From Patellaria atrata CBS 101060 (taxonomy: Eukaryota), in assembly GCA_010093705.1 (NCBI GenBank), contig MU006098.1, positions 944,666-1,008,665 on the forward strand: DNA of 64,000 bases. Direction: 5' to 3'. The notes beneath the pieces are model-generated. The model was given only the letters and a program-made list of their open reading frames with translations, was not told where the DNA came from and did not search any database. Shown one piece after another: positions 27,139 through 41,501 of the stretch; positions within the stretch are counted from its first letter, which is position 1, and the number at the start of each line of letters is the position of its first letter. Both the position numbers and the translations under genes were made by a program.

Positions 27139-30100
27139 ACTTTCAAATAGAAAGTGGAGAATCTCATACACCAGTCCCTGATACAGCTGGATCTTGGTTT
27201 GGAGTTTGATATGGGCTTTTGCTTCATGGCGTCTCTTTCAATTTTCACCTCAAGATATCGATCAGAACCCCTTCGGACGGTCCACAATGGCATCACACTT
27301 GTCCCCCGTTATATTTTGCGCTACTCTTGGATCCTACTCACCTGAATTAACTCATCGATGTTAAGTCCGGATAACGGGGGAATTGGATGCGCTGGTTGCC
27401 ATTTCACAGTAAAGAGCTCACACTATCTGCTGCAATCGAGAATTGTTCAAAGTAACTCTGCGACACTTGGGACATGAAGTCCTATAATTGATTAATGTAA
27501 CTGAGTTATACTGATTTGTTTTTTTTGCAATCTCCTAGCCACTTGCACCTCTCTATGGTGTCCCCGACGACGCTTATCTTGTCTTCCTTAACTTAAGTTC
27601 ATCAAAGAGAAAGAAAGCGCTCAGGTTCTCTTCATATGACCTAAAATCATTCGTAGAAAGTTTGGGCATTCTTCTTCCTACTGATAGGGCAGCGTAGGTA
27701 GAAGATCTCAACGAATTGAATCAGCTCCCTGACCTCCTAGTCTCTGTCAACCGTGATTACCTATCGCAGAATATATTTAGCACGAGTCACGTCCCAAGCT
27801 CCAGGGGAAGCTGCATATATATGAAGTTTTGAAGCGAGGAACCTACTCAGTCCTCTAGAACGTGGCTATCTGGTTTGTTGTCAAGTCATCTTCTACTCAC
27901 ATTTCCTTCACCTTACTACGCGCACCCTCCCGCGGTCTTCAACCTAACCTATACCCGTACTCCATTCAAAATTCACATAAGATATTCCACCGTGTATCTT
28001 TGCGGCTCAACATACTTTCCGAGTCGATAACGGTATAACCATTCGTTGCCGCTCATACAGTACCGCTTCACTTACTAAATTTCATCAATGGTCAAGTCAC
28101 AGCCTTGGTCAAGAGCATGTTCATGCAGTACACCAAAGAATTGGACAACGTTATTAAATACTGCCACTGAGTGAAGGCACGTTTTAGAGATTATCACCGA
28201 TGGGAGCAAGGATGGTCCATCGAGGTACAGTGTTCAACTACAGTGATATAAGTACAAACATTCTTCATCCATCTCTAAGCCTTTCCAAGTTTTCCTTGTC
28301 TACCATAACGTCACGTCCTTCTCCCCATTCATTATTCATAAATATGTCTCAATGCTCCCAGTCCATTCTGACAGCGTTAGCATTCCCCACCTTCTTAGAA
28401 CTTCCAGAAGCGTATCGTAATTTAGGGTCTTGACATAGCTGCATTCTTCGGTTACTGTACGCTTAGTTGTTGTACATCTAATGCTATCTATCAAGTGAAT
28501 CTCTTTCAATATCTCGTTTCTCCGTACTTGTACTTGCACAGCCATATCTCAGCTCTCTTTCTTTCTGTTTGAGGCGCATAGTAGGATAACATTATCCTGA
28601 CACAGGGTGTGTTATTCGAACAAAATGCACTCTCTTTTCATTTGCGGTCCGGTAAATCTCCGAGAAGAAGAAGAGAGCTATTGCCCACTGCTCCTCCTCC
28701 TCCTATAATGCTCGGCGAATTCCAGCTTCACTTTTATTTGTTAACGTCTTCTCGTGGTTGAGGGCAGACTCTGTCAGGTATGTTTCCTCGGGCAGATAAC
28801 ATATTTTTATATGTCTAGGCCACTTCATTGCATGTCTATTGTCTTCAACCACTCTCACTTGCATTGTCGCCTTGAAAATATCAAGCAAACAAGATTAAGG
28901 GTGCCCTTATCTATGACAGCTAAGATTATCAAGTACATCACCGACGGTTGGTGCAATGCTCCTTCTCCCGACTTTATCGAACGAATAACCTTCAAGCAGT
29001 ACTCGGTAGACGAGGTGTTTGTTGAGCTGGACCTAGTATTTACAGGAAACCATCCTCAACTTCTCCAAGCCCAAACGTGTGGACCTGGGAATGCCGGACG
29101 TTCGTGCCGCTTCTAACATAGTGGTAGACAGGTATCAAGCCTCTGATTAGCTGAAGCCAATCTCTTCACACCATCTTTCAAGTAACGTGACTGAAATTTC
29201 AAAAACCAGGGTTGGAGTTGGGACGAATGAAATAATGAAAGTCATCCAAGACATGCTAGCGTACGGATCACTTTGCGAGTCCTGCCAGAAAGCTGTCCAA
29301 GGAGGTCATGAAGCAAGTGATGGCTTATCCCGCGAGATATTCGCCCGTAGCGTTGTCGGACATGCCAGATTTTATCCTTTGCCATCATTGATCTTGTGGT
29401 CAGTCTGGATTGAGAAGAAAAAAAAAAGGCTGCAAATAATAACTCCAATGTGAATTTTGCCGTCGTTAAGGTCGGGTATTGATGCGTTGTCAAGGTGGCG
29501 TTGGATGATCGGTTGCCTCAGCCACAACAGAGCCGCACCAAATGGATCTTTCAGCTTCCTTACAAAAGGTAGATTGGAGCGGAATCCCCGGCGATGCACA
29601 GAGCTTGTGGCTTTAACGTGTTAGCGACGTTAGGCTGGTCTTTCAATTCCGGAGTTGGAGAGCATATCAACCCACTACTGACAAGTCTCTGTTTCGAGAA
29701 GAAGAAAAAGGATCAGGATCCTGTATTATGCCTATCATTGAGACAAAAGGCTAGAAGCGAAATAACCCTACGTATGGAAAGGTGGCACGAGGACGCTGAG
29801 AATGCCTACTGTGGTATTTTGTTCGGGATTCTACATTACTGTCAGAACCAGCTGGGGTGTAGTTCTACGTCTCTCTGGCAGTTCGCTCTCATTATTGGGA
29901 GATGGCTATTATTGGGGGAAGAAGAGTAGTAGAACGATATTGAGCAGAAACTCCCTATGAAGAAAGAAGATTCAACTGGTCAATCTGGTCAATACTGGTA
30001 GTAGCTCTAAAAGTCCAACGGATTTCTTTTGAAGCAGCCTCACCCTATCGCTTCCACCAGAATAAGAACCATCCAGAAATGTTCAGCAGAGTTCATGCAA

Positions 30101-31387
30101 CGCCTCAAATGTCGTTCATGAAGTCTAGTATTTCTAGTAGGCTACATATCAAGGCTGTTCAAAGGGATAGCGTTCGAAAAGTTCAGCTTGGGACATTACA
30201 AGCTGGTGGACAAGTTAAAAAGAGACGAAAATAGCAGAAAAAAGGGCTACAGTACCTTATAGTATATTGTGTGGGGGGAAGACTAGTAAAACAAAGGACT
30301 TCGTGGTGGAAATCTCCAGTTAGTCAACGGACACTCCGCACCCCCTGGTTCTACCTGTCCAGCACAAGTCACCACCACAAACTCTCTCCAATCGTCTTCC
30401 GCGATGCATGTCCTCGACATCTACTGGTCACTCCGCAGTCCACCATCATCCCTCATGCCTAGCCGCCCGCAGCCCAGATGCCGGGTCGAGGCGAAGGCGT
30501 GGGCTTCCCTCCTCTCTCTGGCGTCTGGCGTCTCTTTTTGCGGGCAGACCAAGGACGTTGTCATCCTACCTACTACGAGTACAGTATATACCAAACCCCC
30601 CACCTCTTCTCTCCCTCTATCTTGACACTCCACCACCGCACGAGTCCTCTACATCTGATCCGATCGGACCATTCGGATCTGGAAATAGAAGAATTGGAGA
30701 GTAAAACCCTCCAGGATAGCTTCAGGAAGAGAGCGGACCCTCCCGTCCCCCTCTCGTCTATGGTGGATTGAAAAGACAAAAACTCTCCTGCGACTCCTAC
30801 CCGACACGACTGCATTCGATCGATTACAACTACGCATAATATTACCTATAAGCAACGCAAAACTTGTTGTTCTGGCCCGAAAACATCCTCTAGCCGCGCA
30901 AACCCATTCGCTCGGCACGGCCGGTGGCGGAGTCGTCCATCACTATCTTACTTCGCTTCTCTATCCATCTATTACCCACCGGTCGATACTAATTGCAAAA
31001 TACAAGATACAAGATACAATATACGATTACATCCAGTAGACAAAATCGCCTTCTGACCCGAAACACCACTCAAGCACTTCTAACTTTCACCACACCATAC
31101 CGGACTGCGTTGACCCCGCGAAGCACCTACACAGCATAGACAGCACGCTTCCATTCCAACAAAACGTCTCCTTTCCTGCGGCTGAAGATAACCCAGTAAG
31201 TGGGACCTTGATCCAATTTGCTCCATCCATATCGGTTACAACTGCTTACGCTTTGATTGTTTTCAGATCGCACAACGTCGGACCAGATGCCTTCATGAGT
31301 TCCTCCGTGCGCACAAGAAACCGACTTACGTTTTGCAGTCAAATTTCCGCTGAGGCATACCACAGCAGCACGTAGTGGCCTCCCGCG

Positions 31388-34300
31388 ATGGCATCGTATA
31401 AGTCAAAATACAACGCTGCAGGCCGGCGGTCTGAGAAAGACCAACTGTCTTCGTCCCGTCAAGTCCTAACAAGGCTTCCCACCAGGGCAATCACTCCTAC
31501 CTCCGCAGAGTCAAGCATTCCCGCCCCGATGGTGTCAAAACTCAATAAGAGGGGTGTCAGTAAACCGGACGCGGTTATACAGACCGCGAAAGCTGTAACT
31601 ACATACAAGGGGCCAATAAAACATAATCCGATGTCAAAAAATCAACAGCGCGCTGGAAGCGGGAGGCCAGTGGCAACGCAGAATGGTTCGTTAGATGCTC
31701 CCTCCTCACGATCATACGGGTATCCAGGGTCCTCCCGCTATAGACTGGATCCGAGCACGAGCGTTCGCACGCCCTCTCTAGTGTCAGGTTCTTCTGTTTC
31801 GACCGTAGACAGTCCGAGGTCAGCTATGCTTCGGAAGAAGCCCTCAACGATCGGTAGACACGACTATGGCCGAATGCGATCTGCATCAGCTTCTTCGCAA
31901 GAGGGCACTCATTCTGCAAAGATTACACGTGAAGAGTATAACGATCCATTTCCCGGGTCAATCTTAGGGATCACGATGCCCCCCGCTGACAGACCCCTGA
32001 CCCTCGCCCATCTGGAACCAGTTGACCATGGCGAGATGACTGTTGGGTTGGAAGCGCCCTACCAGCTGGCAACTAAAAACTTGGGACCTCCAACGCCATA
32101 CTACGCCGTGTCCGCAAGCCCTTCCACAAGATATTCGGAATCACCAGGACAGTTTAGTCATAGTTCTACGCCGACATCAATGTCCTCACATTCCCCGGGC
32201 ATCACGTTCAGCTTGAAAACAACTCCTCGCATTCGGCAAACGAGTCCCACCGTTAGTCGGCCTCCAGTCACTCGTCGTAAAACGGACGAAGAGTCAACGC
32301 TACGTGAACCACAAGGTCTTGCATCTGTGCGGGAGTCCACTACCTCGTCCTCCTCTGCATCTACGATTAGAGATGCGACTAAAGCAAATGACAGGGGTAA
32401 GGCTTCAACACGTGCAGCGCCGCCACCTAGCCCATCTCCAAGGAAATCCTCAAAAGCTTCAGTAGAAGACAGGAAAGAAGTGGCCGGTTCCCAGATTCCA
32501 AATGCGACTTCTCCCCCGGGTCAAACACCCCCAGAACTCGCCCATCTGTTGGATTCTCCGCAGTTGGCGTCAAACGCTAAACAACCCAGTAGACCCATTA
32601 GAACAGGGACGTCTGATATATCCAGTCTCCGCCAACCTTCTCCTATCATCCAGAGTAATCTTACCAGTCTATCTTATGGCCATCATCGCCGAACAAGCTC
32701 GACCGAATCCCATTCTGCCAGCTCATCTCTTCCCCAATCTCGCACCATCCCTTCTAAGCCGTCCTCACGCAACCCTTCTCCAAACCTGAACCTGTCGTCA
32801 TCGTTGTTACCGATCTCGTCTCGCACAGCAGCGTCTACGCGTGGTCAAACCCCTGATATTGTTAGCGACACTGAAAGGAACGTGAGAAAGGAACCTCCAC
32901 AACCCACTCCTAGCCCGAGCAAATCGGGTTCCAGGTTTGCCTTCTTTTCAAGGAGAACGAAAACAGAACCGGTCACATCATCCAGTCGCCCTCCTGCCAA
33001 GTTAAAGAAAGGCCCTATGGCTGGTACCGGTCATGAAGGGTACGGCCGGTATGCTCACAGAGGCCGCAGTGGCAGCACAACCAGCGCAACCGGAAGCGCA
33101 GGTCGTTCTGCTAGTGCTGACAGTGTTTCTGGGAGCGTGCCCAGGAGTTCGACCAGTCGAAAGAACAGTACTTCTACTAAAGGTGATCCCGAGCTGGATA
33201 ACTTTCTGAAAGACAGACTGACTCCTGTTCCTATACGCGGTGAAGGCGGCCTTGATTGCACCCGGAGCACTAGCAGTTTAGACTCGACCCTCGATCGCCC
33301 GAGCTTGGATAGAAAACCTGCTGGCAACGGCCTTTCGGATCCCAGACTTGGGGGACCTACGCTATTACCCTCTGCTTTGCCAGATTCCAGTCGGGCTCTA
33401 TCGCCTTTCAGGCGGATGATGCCGGGTTCTCGTAGACCTTCAGATAGTAGTGACAACGAAAGTACTATCATTGGACGCCCAACCCTCGCTGCCCGTCGGT
33501 CATTCAGGAGATCACAATTGACGGATAACAAGTTGCTCCAGGTAATGCCCTCTCCGATCAACACGACACTGTCTCCCTCAATGGCAATGGTGGATAGTGC
33601 TATGACAAGCGAATTATCAATACCCGATACCGGCAACACCTTCCCTAGGTTGGACAAAGTTTCGGAAGGTAAGGAGAGCAATTGGCTAAGGCCAAAAAAG
33701 GTCGAGCAGCCTGTAAAGCCCTCCAAGCCGTCACGAAAATGGAACTTCTTCCAACGTGCTCATGCACACTCTCCAAAAAGGGAAGAAAGTGTTCCCGATG
33801 TACCTATTACTATCAACCGTCAACCGATATCAAGGACTGTTGCTCATTATGCGATGATGGAAAACAACGAACAGATAGACCTTGAAGAACTTGACAGAAT
33901 CATGCAAGAGGCAGATAAATCTGGCGATGATCAGCCTATGGTATTCAAAAATTCCTTAATTGCAGGAATGGACGAGACGATGAGGTCGCACGACACGCAG
34001 TCCATCCTCTTACCTTCACCACCTGCTTTTGCTAGAGAGTTTACCCAGCTTACCAGATCTGCTTCGCCCAGTGTGCCGCTTAAGAAGGAGGGTTCTTCAA
34101 GCCGTCCTCCTTTGGATGGGTTAGTCAACAACGCGCGTCTCTTCGATCCAGCTAATTTTTCTCCGCCTCTCAGTGGCCTTCCGATTCCTGCACCACCACC
34201 TAGCAGTTCTCCCTCACGTCCTAGCAGACTAGCACAGGTTGGGCGGATTCCCGCAGTGGTCTCAAAGAGGGACAGAGAACGGACTCTCCCCGCGCAGTCC

Positions 34301-36249
34301 TTTTCCCGCCCTTTTGCTCCCACGCAACCTAGTCCAGCTGTGAAGCCGTCCGGCTTTAACTCTCCGGCCTCAGGCTCTGATCAAATCCAGGGAGAACCTG
34401 CGCACTTAGGTTCCGTCAATCCCCAAGCGACGGCTCAACCTGAAGAACCAACCGATTTTGCAAGCGCAGCTCATCCGCACACTAATCCGTTCTCTCCGCC
34501 TGAATTCTTCTCTTTCCCGCCCAGGAAGAATTCGGAGCTGTCATACTCAAGTAGCTCGGGCATTTTCAGTTTGAGCGCGTCAACAGCCATTATCCCGTCC
34601 AAAGACGCTCCCCTTTCCGAAGACGAGGTGTGGAATGAGTATGATGATTTAATTGACGAAGTCATCTCGCCAAAGGACATTAAATCACCCATTTCCGCTA
34701 CATCTTCGCTCGGGGCACCTTTTCAATACGCTGCGATGGTTTCTCAAAGGGACATCGAAGCTTCTAAATTAGATATACCAGCACCCCTTAACATCTCGGG
34801 CCAAGTGTCATCAAAAGATGGATCTTCAAAACCACAGATCCTAAGGACTTCGCGCTTACTGGCGAGTTTGCACTCTTCTGGTGCTCCACTCACGCCAATA
34901 TCAATGTCGGAGTTCATTAACGGCTACGGCGAACGTAATCTTAGTGTTATTGATCCGGTGTCGGGGCGTCTTAGTTTACCTTCTACTCACCGCAGCTCCG
35001 CACGTTCAAGCCTACCTGCATCTGTCCGCTTAAGTTTTCAACCTCGTCATTCCAAGAGCGCTTCCACCGGATCTCCGACCGTGTTGCATGAGTCCGAGGA
35101 ACTGAAAACAACGACCAAATCCACAAACCGCTATAGGGATACGCGACTCATCGCTATGGCGGAACATACTGATGGATTATCTATGGCAAATCTGCGCTTC
35201 GGTGCACTCATGACAAGCAAATGGCTTTCATTCGGACAGGTTCTGTTTAGCCCAGCTCACCTCGAGGTAAAGGAGGGGAATGACAACCGGGTGCTTATAA
35301 TTGACGGGCTCGGGAAAGGTATGTCAACTTTATAGTTCATTCTTTCACATCGGCTCTCGCCAGTTGACAAAGATGACTAACTCACTGTTTAGACTGGTCC
35401 TATTACGTTGCTCTCACTTATCCTAATGCCCACATCTACAATCTCGGCGCTGAACTAGGCTCTCCTCCCGGCTCTTCGACCCCCGGCCCCACAAATACGT
35501 TCTCTGGTCTCTCCAATCACCGCCACCTATACCACCCATCTCTCACCAGTGCAACCCACGTCCCGTTTCCATTCCCGAAGGGTTTCTTTACCGCTTGCGT
35601 GTTCCGCTTCCCACCACTCTGTCCTGATTCCTCCCTGCGCTTCGCCATCAGCGAGTGCAAGCGCGTCCTTCGTCCTGGCGGCTACCTCGAGATCTGCGCC
35701 GTGGACCTCGACCTCGTGAACATGGGTAATCTCGCTCGAAGAGCAATCAGACAGCTCAAAACACGCATAATGGGGCGTAATATCAGCGGGGTGGGTGAAG
35801 TCAGCCTCAAACCTGTTGGTGACAATTTGGTCAGGTTGGTTGGAAGAAGAGGCTTCGAAAGCCTTAAAAGCTGTAGTGTCGGTGTTCCCGTCGCTGGTGG
35901 TTGGCCCGGAAGCCAGGAACTTGCCTCCTCAAACAACGAGAACAAGAACACGAAGAGTAAACCAGAGGGACTCATGTCCTTTGGTGACTTGCTTTCCGAG
36001 CGCAAGAACGATGGATCTACGGATGAGAATATTGCTAAGATGGTCGCGAGGGTAGGGAGGTGGTGGTACAGTCGCTGCTACGAGGGTGTTGTCCCGTTGG
36101 GATCGGATGATGAAGAGGGGGCGGATGAAAGTATTTGGAGCGACGGCGCTTTATTGAGGGAGTGTGAGAAACGGGGCACGACGTTCAAGCTTAGCATTTG
36201 CTTCGCGCAGAAACCTATGGTTGCGAGGAGGAGGACTGTCTCGGTGTAA
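31388..36249 (+). CDS. Large Ser/Pro-rich protein with a C-terminal SAM-dependent methyltransferase (type 11-like) domain, 2 exons (31388-35318, 35393-36249)
   Basis: 1315-aa low-complexity ORF ending 'KWLSFGQVLFSPAH..RVLIIDGLGK'. A GTATGT..GACTAAC..TAG intron is followed by 'DWSYYVALTYP..FRFP..ECKRVLRPGGYLEI..FAQKP'. Confidence 0.87.
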
Positions 36250-39200
36250 TTGCACAGTGGAAGTAGCGAGAGGGGAAGGGGGTTTTGCAAACGATGATTT
36301 TTAACGACTTGCACGAAACGAGCGACCACGACAATGATGACAACGAAAGATGAAGACATTTCGAACGTTTTACCTTTTATCTCGGCGCAAGCTTTTTTTT
36401 TTTTTTTTGGAGCGACTTGGGCATAGCGGGCACCTCCTCTCTCACGATTTTTTTTTTGATCTGCACTGGAGCGTTCTTTCTTTATCAATCTGCATAGCGT
36501 GGCAGGGACTACAACAGACATACGTAAAGGGTCGGGCGCTCTTTTACCCTCGCGGGTTTATATACGAAACGAAAAGATGAATATGAAAGAGATGGACGGG
36601 TGGATGGCGCGAGCCAGGAAAACGCCATTTCTACTTCATAGGCTAGGACATGCTGGTAATGGACATTAGCACTTAATTTTAGGTTGGTGGATTCGGGGAT
36701 TGTGGATGACGGGGAAGAAGAAGGTGGATGATACCCAGAGAGAGTTGCATGAAACATATATACCCATAATGCAGAATTGTGATTCTATGATTGATTTGCC
36801 CTCTTTCGTGATTGTGAGGCGTTTGTACGCTAGGAATACCCGTGTAAATCAATAAGCGTAACTTAATGGTAAACATCTTTTGCGCTTTTGAACTTTGAGG
36901 GAAAACTTTTGAGTTAGTATCAAATCTAGTGCCCTCTCCCGATTTGACTCTTAAGGGGACGGACGTCGGGTGCGGGCTAGTAAGGGAACGTACTGCGAGA
37001 CAATCCCAAATGTCTTAAAGACATCACGTTCTTCTTCGACGTGTACATGTGCCGTCCAGCACCAACGCTTCCTGGTCTCCACGTTTAAAGGCAGGCAGGC
37101 TCATCGTGAACTGATAACCCAGTCTGGCCTTCTTCAATCCAGAAGGAAGGTCAATCCCCCAATGTCACATATCAACTGGAAAATGACGAATATGAATTTA
37201 AGATTTTTGGCCGAAGGTACAGCTCCCTTCCATTACCGTCCCATAGATTTGCGTTTAAGGTGCTCGCGGCGAGTATGGTGTGTTTGACCACCGTGTAACA
37301 TATAATTCAAAGTTTGTCGATCCCGCTTGTTGGCATAAACCAGATGGTGGACTGGACCAGGTACTTAAGAACCAAGGCCAGACTCCACGGAGACGCTGTG
37401 AGTGAAAGATAGAGAACTACAAGAACAAACTGAGGACAAGGGAGGGCAATGGAAGCAAACTATTGGCTGCACGCCTTTCAACTGGAAAAGTGGCATACCA
37501 CTCGAAAGATGACTACGGGTGTAAGTGATGAGAGAATGTCTCCTGTCTCCCTTTCGCTGAAGTGTGATGAGACCTCGCTGCAGACGTTGTACTGTACAAT
37601 GGAAATCCAATCAATACTGCCAACCTTCAACTCCTTATTACTCTGAAGAAGTTCATGGAACTCCAAGTTGATTTGATAGGTACGATCGCTTATCCAAGTA
37701 AGAAATGAACTTTAATTGATAATGAACGCTTATGGTCGCACAAGTGCCATGCGACTGAAGTGTCAGAAGACGTAGGAGAACATATTGTCTTGCGGAAAGT
37801 TTGTTCGGGCCTCCTTCGTCGAGAATCAGCCCATGGAAGCACACAGTTCTGATACTGGCCCGGAGACAAGTGAAATCACATTTAGCATCGTTCTCAGAGG
37901 TTGCTTTATCCCAACAGTAACTGAGCACACAATGTGACTTTACAACTTACGATTCCTTACCTTCACGTTAAATGATAACCCCACTCTGCTGAAGCTGAAA
38001 CGATATGGATACGTGAACACATGTTCGGCCTGATAGCGGGCGCAGGAACGCACAGATAAGTAAGAATGCATATACTATCATCGTTACTGAATCAACTCGG
38101 ACTCTAGAGTGAGTAGATGTGCTTTGCACGGTAGCACAGCAGACGTGATATAAAAGCATATGCGCTAGAACATATCTGAACGCGTATAGAAGAGCTTAAA
38201 GCAGCGACTGATGCCTATCCGTGGCATTTCGCTTCTGGAAGGGTGTGCGGATGGGCCGCGGAGAATTGATAAGAGAGAATACCGAACCACTGATCTATGC
38301 TACGCTTTGGTATCCAAAAAAAAAAAAAAAAAAAACGTGTAAGATGATCGCTGTTGGTGGTCCTTGAGGCAAACGCGTGTGGTTGAAAGCGCGGATCGAT
38401 AAGGGGCCATGCATAGTATGTGCATAATAGATACTGTACTTTCCTGGGTCGACGACGGCTTTGCAAAGCAAAAGTAGGTAGTCTGACCACACTAACTTTA
38501 AAGGACGCTATAAGGCGTGCAAGGGATAGCCGACAAGAGTGTACGATCGACGTATCAAAGCGCCATAGTACGCAGCAGGAACGGGAAAGTCTGCCTTGAT
38601 ATAATAAGCAAGGCGTATGCTAATATTCTCCTACAGATGTTGTAGTCTCAACGTGTGATGAAAAGGTCAAGCAGCACATGGTGATGCGGAGGGATTCAGC
38701 CACCGTGCAAAGTGAGAGGTAATGGATATCAAGGACACACGTGTGGCTTTAATAAGATGCTGAAATAAAAAAGGTGTGTAGGTGTCGGTACATCCCCGAC
38801 CCACGAACTGGGAGTGCAAATAGAGCTATAGACTTTGAGAGAGAAGATAGATACCGGGTAAGGTAAAGTTTAATCTAGAACTGATGGAAAGCGCGCAGCA
38901 GAAAGGTAGAGATATCGAGAATCATATGCGCACAGGTATAGATGCCTTCTGGTAAAGTTAAAGGACGGACCGTAGGGAACCGTCGAACGGGAACCGCCTG
39001 CGGGCCGCTCATAGGGAGACCGGAATGGCTGCAGCCTATTCTCTCAGGTTCTAGGTTGCAATAATTGAAAGACAGTGTTTCAGAATGCTGACATGAGGGT
39101 GCTTTGGGCATCTTTTGTGATGCTGTCGTGTAGACTCTAAAAAACTGCGAGTGTGCTACAATCTTGGGACGCATACAGATCCGCTTAGAATTTGAACTAG

Positions 39201-39586
39201 TTTGTGTACCAGGAACGAGATCGGAAAAATGATACCACAGCTACACTAATCAGAGAAGACTATTTTACCCTAGAGTGAGAGAAATGTATGTAGGGTGAAC
39301 TCGAAGGCGTTGATGTAGTAAGCGAGGGCTGCAGGAATAAGTTCTAATCAGAAGCTTTTCGAGAATCTGATGAAAGCCAGACGCACCGAAGTTTCTGAGG
39401 AAGATGACTGGCGTTCCCGGATCGAGCTTGATGCATATTTGATATCAGAACGCCTGTTATAGGCGGGAGAAGAAAACTAGTTCTAACCTTTGGTGTCTAT
39501 TGGTTCTTTCCGATTGTTTTTTCCCAGGACTTGCATCACCGGAAGCAGGTATGATCTCCACAAACAGAAAAATTGGACAATCGCTT

Positions 39587-39671
39587 GAGTAAGGTAGTAG
39601 GGAGTAAGGTAGTAGGGAGTAAGGTGGTAGTGAGTAAGGTGGTGGTGAGTAAGGTAGTAGTGAGTAAGGTA
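39587..39671. repeat. 15-bp tandem repeat GAGTAAGGTRGTRGK, about 5.7 copies
   Basis: Read directly: gagtaaggtagtagg x2, gagtaaggtggtagt, gagtaaggtggtggt, gagtaaggtagtagt, gagtaaggta. Confidence 0.95.
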
Positions 39672-41179
39672 TACTCCGTCCTGAAGTATTTATTTAACCA
39701 GGTTCATGGACCTCTAGAAAGATGATGTGCAGGAGGACAAGGCGTCTGCATTTTCAACCGTGCTTGCTCCTGGTTCTCGAATCCCGCCTCGATGCACGAA
39801 AGACTGAGCTGATTCTTCTGCCGGTACTCGGTAAGGTGGAGCATCGTTCATCGTTCATCTATTCTCGAATATCATTGACGCCATAGCAATATATGAATGA
39901 TCAACAACAACCATGAGTACAATATATTGCGGGGCAGCGTGAGCAGCTGATTCTTCTTTCTTACAAGTTTGAGGCCCGAATGTTCGGACAAAGGAGAAAA
40001 GAGGTGGGATTATTTTGGAGGATGGGCTATTGGCGCCTATCTCTCAGGTGACATTTGTATTTATCCATTGCAGAGGAAAAGCTGGAGGTTTCGTCTTGTA
40101 ACTCCCTGAACCGTTGCCGCTTTACGAATACTGTCATCACGAACGACTCGCGGCATATTCCTTTGACAACGTGAGCCTATCGAACTTGGAAGATGAGGTG
40201 TAGGATGGTGGTGGGTGGCTGGGGATTACAGACGCCAGGCGAAGGCGCAACGGAAGGCACACGCAACCTTTTCCACCTCACCTCAAGTTTATCCAGCAAA
40301 TAATACCTTACTGTATTATAGTCGTTTTCCTCCTCTGTTGCTTGTATTTTCACCCTTTTCGGATCGTTTGTTACAGATCGTGATGAGGTGGGTTCTTACC
40401 TTAATAGACGCTGCCCGGTGCTTCTTTCCGTAAAGGTGTATGTTTACGGTACGATAAAAGATTTCTGGAAAAACGTTTTTCGCTTCGAAATGAGTCGACG
40501 GGCCGGGAAGCCTCGGCGATGGGTGCTCCGAACAGCAGTACCTTTTTCTCATTATTACTACCAAGTAATATCCTTAACTTGTACTGTACAACCCAATGGT
40601 CGAATTGCGAACGCGTTCTTTGGCTATGAACCCATTATTACTAGTTCGATCCAAAAGCCGCTTCACCTTCCACCCAAATCCAAGGTCAAAGGGAAGAATA
40701 CGATGGGAGTACCTTTTTTTGTATCCAGATCGCATGAAATGATGAAAGAAGCTAAAGGGGAGCGCCATCCCTCTTGTGGATAGTTTCACCTGTTAGTTTT
40801 CTTTCTCCACACCCGACAAAACTTGAGACGCAACCCACACACCCTTACCTTATCTTACCTTACTTCCATCCCTCCGACCCCGGACTCGAAGGGAAAATTC
40901 GAGGTCGAGTCAACAACGTTAAGAACTTTCTTCATGGGAGGGATGGGTGGATGTGCGCGTTGGATGTCTTGATGTCCTGCATGTCAGAAAAGAAAAAGCC
41001 CAGATCGATAATTGACCGTTGCATCCTCTTTTGTAACTGTCATCCTTCCAAAGTCGTGCTTGGCCTAAAATTGCCTAGGTAAGTTATCTAGTAAGGTAAA
41101 GGAAGGCTAGACGTGCCAGAGAGCCGTACCCCATGTTCTCCCCTCGTCTATACATATTAAACCCTTGGGTACACCCAAT

Positions 41180-41305
41180 GACACCCAGTTGACACCCAGT
41201 TGACACCCAGTTACCATCCAGTTGACATCCAGTTGACACCCAGTTGACACCCAGTTGACACCCCATGATTTCCATAATTTCCATAATTTCCATAATTTCC
41301 ATAAT
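41180..41305. repeat. Compound minisatellite: (GACACCCAGTT) about 7.5 copies followed by (TTTCCATAA) about 4 copies
   Basis: Read directly; lies about 200 bp upstream of the sugar-porter ATG. Confidence 0.95.
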
Positions 41306-41501
41306 CCAGAATTACAGTATCATTCGCGTGGCTATCAATCAAAATCTTGCTAGACTCGATATCGTCTGGATCTGACTCTCCGCAATACTGGACCTCGTAA
41401 TCCGCATATTGCAAAATTCCATACCCAGATTATTATGAATTGATCTTGCTCTCTCTTCTCTCTCTCCACCCCTCATGTTCTTAACAACCTCAACCTCCAA
41501 A

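Noticed and set aside
27400..30250. Short protein-like fragments with some splice-like signals, possibly an old pseudogene
   Set aside because: Could not assemble a coherent frame or recognise a family.
39587..41305. Tandem arrays considered as CRISPR-like or telomeric repeats
   Set aside because: No unique spacers, no cas genes, eukaryotic context, and the units are not TTAGGG.
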